From the IMG/VR virus record IMGVR_UViG_2711768004_000006: 43,743 nucleotides of DNA; one strand, given 5' to 3'. Origin of the DNA: a virus. Lineage: Duplodnaviria; Heunggongvirae; Uroviricota; Caudoviricetes. Of this stretch, positions 37,739-43,743 are shown piece by piece. The translations under genes and the position numbers were made by a program. Positions within the stretch are counted from its first letter, which is position 1, and the number at the start of each line of letters is the position of its first letter. A model generated the notes under the pieces. The model had not been told where the DNA came from and ran no database searches. It worked only from the letters and a program-made list of their open reading frames with translations.

Positions 37739-38011
37739 TTACCCCTGTTGATTAAATTCATTACCGTTAATAACCCCGGAAGCCATGCCTCTGTCTTTCA
37801 TGAATGCACTGGCTTTCATTGCCACAAACTCTGCGAAGTTTCTGCTTTCTGCCAGCATAACCACCCCAAAAATCATGGCGGGTCCATTATCTTTCTTCTT
37901 TATTCCGGTTGAACGTATATCCAGACTTACCCCTCTGTGCGTGCTGCCATCAGAGTTTTTGCAGATAACATCTTCCTTGTATTCGAAAATAATGCGTACG
38001 ACTTTACTCAT
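37739..38011 (-). CDS. Hypothetical early protein (paralog B)
   Basis: MSKVVRIIFEYKED... Confidence 0.45.
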   Translation of the reverse strand: MSKVVRIIFEYKEDVICKNSDGSTHRGVSLDIRSTGIKKKDNGPAMIFGVVMLAESRNFAEFVAMKASAFMKDRGMASGVINGNEFNQQG

Positions 38012-38289
38012 CCTCTGGTCCTCGTTCTGTTTGGATAACTGACCCGGCGTCTAACCTCACGGCAGAACCGAATCATGGCATTAAAGGCTTCTTCCTCCGT
38101 CACCGCTTCCGGTATCCCCGGAACCAGTAACTGCTCCTGTTCATCACGTCCATGACGCGCCATAACCTCAATCACATGCCGTACCGTGGCAGGCTTTCCG
38201 GCAACTATCGGCAATGCACCTTCCGGCAGGACGTAACCAAACTCAATAAGACCACTCGACCACGCCCATGCAATGAGATTTTTTTTCAC
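38008..38289 (-). CDS. Hypothetical early protein
   Basis: 93-aa ORF, ATGA coupling. Confidence 0.45.
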   Translation of the reverse strand: MKKNLIAWAWSSGLIEFGYVLPEGALPIVAGKPATVRHVIEVMARHGRDEQEQLLVPGIPEAVTEEEAFNAMIRFCREVRRRVSYPNRTRTRG

Positions 38290-38290
38290 C

Positions 38291-38557
38291 TCACACCTCC
38301 CAGTAAACCGTGCAGCCGCTGATGCGGGTGGCCTTCACACGGCGGCGCAGGCCGTTGGTCTGTATGGTGATTTCAATTTCACCGGTTCCCTGCACGTTGC
38401 CTACCGGCGGCGTGGTTTTCAGTGCAAAACGTTGCGGATAGCGCTTACTGCGTTCCAGTACCGCACCGGCAAGTTCGGTCAGACGGCGCGCGCTGTTCAG
38501 GGAGTCGAATAAATTCATTTTGTTACCGCAGGATTGCATATTCATATAACACCTCAT
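38291..38557 (-). CDS. Hypothetical early protein
   Basis: 88-aa ORF; start uncertain. Confidence 0.4.
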   Translation of the reverse strand: MRCYMNMQSCGNKMNLFDSLNSARRLTELAGAVLERSKRYPQRFALKTTPPVGNVQGTGEIEITIQTNGLRRRVKATRISGCTVYWEV

Positions 38558-38785
38558 TTAGCTGACTTGTTTCGCACCAACAGAACGGCATATTCCGCTG
38601 TAAACTTCTGTCGCACCTTCGCGATCAAGTCCGGCAGATATCACCATTCGTGTGCGGTCATTAAATTCAAAAAGTAAATCGCCACATTCTTTATTTTCGG
38701 CCAGTGAAATCACCTTCACGTTATCGAAATTAACCAGGTAAAAGCGTCCGTAAATATCAGGAATATTAAATACCGCCATAATCAC
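38558..38785 (-). CDS. Hypothetical early protein (Mu kil position)
   Basis: 75-aa ORF immediately downstream of B. Confidence 0.4.
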   Translation of the reverse strand: MIMAVFNIPDIYGRFYLVNFDNVKVISLAENKECGDLLFEFNDRTRMVISAGLDREGATEVYSGICRSVGAKQVS

Positions 38786-39723
38786 ACCTGTGAGAGTAAT
38801 TCAGGGTTGGTATAAACCTCTTTAAAGGCCGCATTAATATGTTTTTCTGTCAGCGCCGCGCCTTCACCGCTGGCGGTGAGCCACGCCTGGTTAAGCGTAT
38901 GTGTCAGAACGCGTAACGCTCCCGGCTTTTCAGCGATAGCCTGCATGACGGCCAGCTCGGCCTCACCACTGATCCCCCACGCCATGGCAATGGCCAGCAC
39001 ATCCGCCTTTTTGGCCTTGCGAAGTTGTTTTGTACGGGCAAGACGGCTGAACAGGCGCGATAAATCATCAAAGGCGCGGCGTCCACCTTTAAACAATCCG
39101 CGCGGGTTACCAATAAGCACCATCCCGATCCCCGTGGCGTCCTGAATTGCCCGGAGTTGCTCCAGACCGTCAATACCAAGATGATCCGCCTCATCCACAA
39201 TCACCAGTCCACGCGTTCCCATCAGGCGACGGCGGATGGCGCGGGATAATGCCCCTTTGTTCGCGCGGGTGTAATCAATCCCCAGCGCATCGGCCAGCTC
39301 CAGCAGACACTCCGTGACGCTGGAGTGCGCGGGTGACAGGGTGATCATCCAGGTGTTTGGTTGCTCCTGGCAGTAATTACGGGCAGTGGCCGTTTTACCC
39401 ACACCCGGTACGCCCACAATAACGTTAATACAGCCCATCAGGCGAACCGCCTGAAACAGTGCGCGCAGCTCCTGGACTGTCTGAGTTTCCACAAACTGCG
39501 GCGGTTCCGGCAGTGCGCTTTGTTTATTCCAGTTCTCATACCAGGAGCGCAGGGAAGCAGCCACAGCAGCGTTATCGCCTTTATATTTTCCCTTACGGAA
39601 AGCCGATAATGTGCCGTCGGAAATTCCCGCCTCTCTGGCGATGGCATACTGCGTCAGTACGCCGCCATCAATAAGTTCATCAATGGTCTTGATTACATCG
39701 TTAATATCGGTCATATTATTCAC
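38782..39723 (-). CDS. B: Transposition ATPase B (AAA+ target DNA activator)
   Basis: N-terminal HTH, Walker A GVPGVGKT, Walker B LVIVDEADHL; directly after transposase. Confidence 0.9.
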   Translation of the reverse strand: MNNMTDINDVIKTIDELIDGGVLTQYAIAREAGISDGTLSAFRKGKYKGDNAAVAASLRSWYENWNKQSALPEPPQFVETQTVQELRALFQAVRLMGCINVIVGVPGVGKTATARNYCQEQPNTWMITLSPAHSSVTECLLELADALGIDYTRANKGALSRAIRRRLMGTRGLVIVDEADHLGIDGLEQLRAIQDATGIGMVLIGNPRGLFKGGRRAFDDLSRLFSRLARTKQLRKAKKADVLAIAMAWGISGEAELAVMQAIAEKPGALRVLTHTLNQAWLTASGEGAALTEKHINAAFKEVYTNPELLSQV

Positions 39724-39796
39724 CTCGCTTGAGACAGCATTCTCCGAGACTGAAACCTCAAATAACCTGAGTCACCCCTCGGGTTATTTTTTTATT

Positions 39797-41884
39797 TCAG
39801 GCCAGCGGATCACTTTCTTTTAATTTCGCTTCGAGCAGTTGCAATCCCCGCTGGAAATTACGCTCGTATTCTTCATCAGGTTCATCGTCAGCGACCGGTT
39901 GCTGAACGGTCACCGTATTACCCACAGGGCGGTATATGTTTTCCAGCCAGGGCTCCTGCGGCTTGTGCTCCAGCACGTTGACAACCTCATCCTCGGCATC
40001 ACGGATTTTTTCCTCTGCGCGTTTACGCATGCCTTTAAGGCGCTGCTGCTGTTTGTAGTATTCCGCGCTGACAGGGAAGGCTTCGCGTTTATTGCCGTCC
40101 CATACCGCCTCGCAAATCACGCTGCCATCCGGGCGGCGCACGGTAATTCGTTCGGCATCATGAATGTCATAGCTGATAAGTACCTTACGGCCATGCTCGT
40201 CACGCAGCTCGGGCGCGTAGTAAATATTATTCAGCCAGCGTATTTCACAGCGTCTTACAGGGCGCTCCACCATCGGCCGGAACATATCCCGCAGTTCAAC
40301 ATCGGACAGCCATTCAATTTCCGTGTCCTCTTCCGCCAGGCGTTTTTTTCTGAACTCCGCCGGGCTGTAATGTTTACCGTTCGGCTTCATGGGTAATTCA
40401 TCGTGCGGCCGGTTGTTGTACCACTCAACACCGTCACGAATGGCATCAATCAGTTCAGACCAGGACGGTAAATCACGCATCGCTGACTGCTGCCGGGCGT
40501 TCAGCCGTTTGCCCTGTTGCAGGGCACTGAATGCCGAGCGTAAATCGCGGTTGGTTTTACGTAACGTCTCGCGATCTGCTCCTTTCCCGAAATAGGTGCG
40601 GTATTTACGGGCTATGCGCATCGGTAATGTGCGGTTAAGCCGTTCGATAATGCCCCGTCCCTGCGGATTACCGGCAATCCCTGTCGGGTGATTAATCCCC
40701 AGTCGTGGCAGTATCCCCACAATCTCCTTATCCAGGACGTCGGCGGTTTCCCCGGAGCCATTATCCGAGTAATACAGAAACGGTTTGCCATGATGGCGAA
40801 TACCGTGCTGTATGGCACCGGCTACGGCGAAAACATTTTCAGCCAGGTCAAGGCTCCAGCCCACCACAAAGCGCGTGCCACCGTCGATAACAAAGGTCAC
40901 TTCCGGTGCGAATGGCCGCCCGTGAACCGGGTGCGCGCATTTCAGCTTCATGCCGTGACCGTCACCAATCCAGACATAATTCACCGGCATTCTGGACCAG
41001 TCGCGGCGCGTGAATCCCTCAAGCTGACGGTATTCACTGCCAGTTACCCGGCCTTTTTGTTTCACCACTTCCGGCAGTTTCTTCATTGCGCGGCGAATGG
41101 TGTCATAAGAGGGCATGATATCGAGCATATAAGGCTCATCAGCGTGCCGGTGCTGCCATTCAGCAACAAAATCCTCGTAAGCCTCGGTCATTGGTCGGCC
41201 GTTTGACTGGCGATACTGCGCCAGAAATTCGGGCAGCCAGTTAATATCTTCGGCTTTTATTTCCTGGCGTTTACCCGGTGCCAGTAAAAGCAGGCGTTCA
41301 GCGGCGTTCTGTGCCTTGTTAAAGGCCGCAATCCAGCGTTTCAGCGTGATTTCACTCAACGCGCGGCTGTTTCCCTTTTTGGCGTTCGCCGTCTCAACCA
41401 TTGCCACAATGCGCTCGTCCAGTTGTGATCGTGCCAGGCTGTTAACGAGGAACCGGATAGCTTTAGCGCAGCTGAAACCGGGTTGTTGCGTGAATTTCAG
41501 CACCTCACTGACGATCGCAATGCGTGCGTCTGCCACCTGGCGCTGGTTTTCAGTCAGGGCATTGAGGCGTTCGACCATCAGTTGTGGTGATCCGCGATAT
41601 GCCTCCACCGCATCAACCACGGCAGACGAGCGTCTGGCCTTTGTCACCACCGGAGCCGGTGATTCATCGGCTTTTTGCGTCATCAGTTGCAGGGCATAAC
41701 GTTCGCGTAATGCCTGCTGTGTCACTTCAGGTAAACAGTCAATGCTGTATTCAAAACCTTTAGCGCCTTTCTTGCGGCGTCTGCTGGTTTCGCTGGTTGC
41801 ATACTTCCTGATTGAATAGCGAACGCCTTGCTCCGTTCCCGGCATCCCCGGTAATCCAACCAGTTCTTTAACTGAAGCAAACAT
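39797..41884 (-). CDS. A: DDE transposase A (Mu MuA-like)
   Basis: 695-aa protein with WIGDGHGMK and YYSDNGSGE catalytic-core motifs; follows ner. Confidence 0.9.
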   Translation of the reverse strand: MFASVKELVGLPGMPGTEQGVRYSIRKYATSETSRRRKKGAKGFEYSIDCLPEVTQQALRERYALQLMTQKADESPAPVVTKARRSSAVVDAVEAYRGSPQLMVERLNALTENQRQVADARIAIVSEVLKFTQQPGFSCAKAIRFLVNSLARSQLDERIVAMVETANAKKGNSRALSEITLKRWIAAFNKAQNAAERLLLLAPGKRQEIKAEDINWLPEFLAQYRQSNGRPMTEAYEDFVAEWQHRHADEPYMLDIMPSYDTIRRAMKKLPEVVKQKGRVTGSEYRQLEGFTRRDWSRMPVNYVWIGDGHGMKLKCAHPVHGRPFAPEVTFVIDGGTRFVVGWSLDLAENVFAVAGAIQHGIRHHGKPFLYYSDNGSGETADVLDKEIVGILPRLGINHPTGIAGNPQGRGIIERLNRTLPMRIARKYRTYFGKGADRETLRKTNRDLRSAFSALQQGKRLNARQQSAMRDLPSWSELIDAIRDGVEWYNNRPHDELPMKPNGKHYSPAEFRKKRLAEEDTEIEWLSDVELRDMFRPMVERPVRRCEIRWLNNIYYAPELRDEHGRKVLISYDIHDAERITVRRPDGSVICEAVWDGNKREAFPVSAEYYKQQQRLKGMRKRAEEKIRDAEDEVVNVLEHKPQEPWLENIYRPVGNTVTVQQPVADDEPDEEYERNFQRGLQLLEAKLKESDPLA

Positions 41885-41886
41885 AA

Positions 41887-42117
41887 TTACGCGACCTTAC
41901 GAATGTAGCGGCTGGGCCAAATCTCCTCGGGCGGCACCCCCAGGCATTCCGCGATAATCCCCTCATACTTGGGAACATGGCGGTATACCGCGTTGTACAG
42001 ATTGTTCTGACCCACGCCAGCTTTACGGGCCAGCGCCCTCATGCTTCCTTCTCTGGCTCTGACTTCCCCCAAAATTCTTTGAGGATGCCAATCAGGCTTA
42101 ACTTCATTTCTCGCCAT
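41887..42117 (-). CDS. ner: Ner-like DNA-binding regulator
   Basis: 76-aa HTH protein, first gene of the early operon, divergent from c. Confidence 0.85.
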   Translation of the reverse strand: MARNEVKPDWHPQRILGEVRAREGSMRALARKAGVGQNNLYNAVYRHVPKYEGIIAECLGVPPEEIWPSRYIRKVA

Positions 42118-42302
42118 GATTCATCTATCCTAAAAAGTTACGAAATTTGATAACTAAACTTAGTTATCAAGTTTGATATAAGTATTGATCCACTTCTGCT
42201 TCATGTAAAGCAAAAAAAACATCTTTCTTTTGTCTATTGTGGATCAATGGTTGCTGACAACACTAAAAGTTAATAATTTCAAATTGATAGGAAGAAAAGA
42301 AA
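42118..42302. promoter_or_regulatory. c-ner divergent promoter/operator region
   Basis: Perfect palindrome TGATAACTAA-ac-TTAGTTATCA (42148-42169); inverted repeats TTGATCCAC (42185-42193) and GTGGATCAA (42239-42247) flank an A-rich tract. Confidence 0.55.
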
Positions 42303-42848
42303 ATGAACAAGCAAACAACAACATCTCTTTCTTTTCCTGGTGGTAGAAAAGAAAGCATTGCTGAGCGTCTGAAAAGGCTGATTGGCTCCCGCAGCGTCAG
42401 AGCTGCAGCAAGAGATTGGGGGCTTTCATTTTCAACACTAAACAATTATCTGTCTCGTGGCACTGAGCCATCCTTAAGTGTCGCCCTTCAGATTGCGTCT
42501 ATCGAAGGAGTAAGTGTTGAGTGGCTATGTGGATTCAGTGATGCATCACAAGTGAATCGGTGTGAGATCAAGGAAAATCAAGATGAAAGCAAGAAGATAA
42601 TTATGACGATTATCAGCGCACTTGATGAAAAAGACTTAGAGCAGCTATCGAAAAATTTGGTTCTGAATGGAGCCAAGTACTTAGCTCGGTTGTTAGAGCC
42701 TGAAAATCAAGATCTAATCCGCTTAGAAGGAAGGAAAAGAATAGCTGCATTACAGCTTGAAGGTATGTCTGACGAACGCGTCAGAGAGATTTTGGAAGAA
42801 ACTGAGAGAAGTCGCAAATCTAACGCGGTAGAACCAAAAGCGGGTTAA
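42303..42848 (+). CDS. c: Prophage repressor c (Mu Rep-like)
   Basis: 181-aa protein with N-terminal HTH-like region, divergent from ner next to the left end. Confidence 0.7.
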   Translation: MNKQTTTSLSFPGGRKESIAERLKRLIGSRSVRAAARDWGLSFSTLNNYLSRGTEPSLSVALQIASIEGVSVEWLCGFSDASQVNRCEIKENQDESKKIIMTIISALDEKDLEQLSKNLVLNGAKYLARLLEPENQDLIRLEGRKRIAALQLEGMSDERVREILEETERSRKSNAVEPKAG

Positions 42849-42918
42849 TAGCATTAGCCCGCATTTTGCACTATATCGAGTATTTCGCATTGTTTGGAAC
42901 GCCTTAAAAGACTAAAAC

Positions 42919-43084
42919 CACAGTATCAAATGAGTTGCCGATTTTATAATAAATGACTAATTATTGCACAATCGGTATCAAATAGACCTTATCCGCACAT
43001 CTAGCCATCACCTGTTTTATTTCAGTATCTTACAGGTGATTTCACCTCCTTTCACTAAACCCCTTGTCGGTATCAAATGATTCA
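42919..43084. repeat. Prophage left-end (attL) transposase-binding repeats
   Basis: GTATCAAA / CGGTATCAAA motifs near 42925, 42975 and 43068 (reverse complement of the right-end TTTGATACCG repeats). Confidence 0.5.
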
Positions 43085-43405
43085 CCTGGTTATATGTCGC
43101 CAGTCGATACCTTCCAGCAGCATCGCCAGCTGCGCCTGTGTAAGGAACACTTTGCCATCACGGGCTGACGGCCAGGCGAAGCGCCCACGCTCCAGCCGTT
43201 TGGTCAGGAGGCACAGTCCGTCACTGGTGGACCACAGCAGTTTAACCTGACTGCCGCTGCGGCCCCGGAAAATGAAAACATGGCCGGACATGGGATCGTC
43301 TTTCAGCGCCGTCTGTACTTTCGCAGCCAGGCCGTTGAAGCCATTTCTCATATCGGTGATACCGGCAACCAGCCAAATTTTGATCCCGGAAGGTAACGGG
43401 ATCAT
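43082..43405 (-). CDS. tnpB: IS66-family TnpB (orfB)
   Basis: MIPLPSGIKIWLVAGITDMRNGFNGLAAKVQTALKDDPMSGHVFIFRGRSGSQVKLLWSTSDGLCLLTKRLERGRFAWP. Confidence 0.9.
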   Translation of the reverse strand: MIPLPSGIKIWLVAGITDMRNGFNGLAAKVQTALKDDPMSGHVFIFRGRSGSQVKLLWSTSDGLCLLTKRLERGRFAWPSARDGKVFLTQAQLAMLLEGIDWRHITR

Positions 43406-43632
43406 CGCTTCAGTTCCTGTATCAGCAGAGTCAGGAGCTTTTCGCTGACATTGCCATTGAAGCGGAGCGTCCCGTGCCGGAACGTTACCTCACAGCTGAT
43501 ACTGAGGGTTTTCGGGTCCTCTGCGAGCGATTCTGGCTGTTCGGCAGCTGCATCGAGAGTCACAGGAAGTAGCTGGGGGCTCTCTGAAGAAGGTAATAGC
43601 TGAGGTGTACTGGCAATAGCGGACACTACCAT
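43402..43632 (-). CDS. tnpA: IS66-family accessory protein TnpA (orfA)
   Basis: 76-aa ORF overlapping orfB by ATGA; same N-terminus as the truncated copy at 76. Confidence 0.8.
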   Translation of the reverse strand: MVVSAIASTPQLLPSSESPQLLPVTLDAAAEQPESLAEDPKTLSISCEVTFRHGTLRFNGNVSEKLLTLLIQELKR

Positions 43633-43743
43633 TTGTTCTTTTTTTAAGCAGCCATCTGATGATATTTTTCCCTGAAGGCTGCCGGGGAGATATTCCCCAG
43701 ACGAGAGTGACGACGCTGACGATTGTAGAAAATCTCAATGTAT

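Larger units (their letters stand above)
4376..43084 (-). mobile_element. Mu-like transposable prophage (Mu gene order, reverse orientation in this window); ends approximate
   Basis: Complete syntenic set from c/ner/A/B to S/U/gin/com-mom; inverted terminal repeat motifs TTTGATACCGA at both ends. Confidence 0.85.
43082..43743 (-). mobile_element. IS66-family element 5' part (orfA, orfB), interrupted after orfB by the prophage left end
   Basis: orfA/orfB present but no tnpC follows; tnpC 3' fragment reappears at 3780-4335 beyond the other prophage end. Confidence 0.75.

Noticed and set aside
1-43743. CRISPR arrays, rRNA genes, integrase/attachment-site integration
   Set aside because: No short direct repeats with spacers and no rRNA-like sequence seen. 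The prophage has a DDE transposase and B ATPase with terminal repeats, so it is a transposable phage, not a site-specific integrating one.

Overview
The window is dominated by one roughly 38.7-kb Mu-like transposable prophage (about 4376-43084). Its genes run on the minus strand, with the c repressor divergent on the plus strand. The full Mu gene order is recognisable from protein motifs and synteny: c, ner, transposase A, ATPase B, a block of small early genes, gam, gemA-like, one Mor/C-family activator, SAR endolysin and overlapping spanins, TraR-like zinc finger, terminase small and large subunits, portal, F, G, I/Z protease-scaffold, major head T, sheath, tube, chaperone, tape measure, N, baseplate, tail fiber S and assembly gene U, a Gin invertase, and com-mom. 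The prophage is inserted into an IS66-family element: orfA/orfB lie at 43082-43743 and a tnpC 3' fragment at 3780-4335. Two N-runs (9427-9686 and 10849-11087) flank a short Gin-type invertible tail-fiber segment. A cargo insertion between gin and com-mom carries an SGNH/SASA-type carbohydrate esterase with a lectin-like C-terminus, a small membrane protein and a candidate antisense sRNA. Left of the prophage is a small ipaH island: an IpaH-family E3 ligase effector gene, a phage tail-fiber remnant and an assembly gene, bounded by IS66 fragments. No rRNA, canonical tRNA or CRISPR array was seen. All calls come from reading the sequence and ORF translations; no database search was run.
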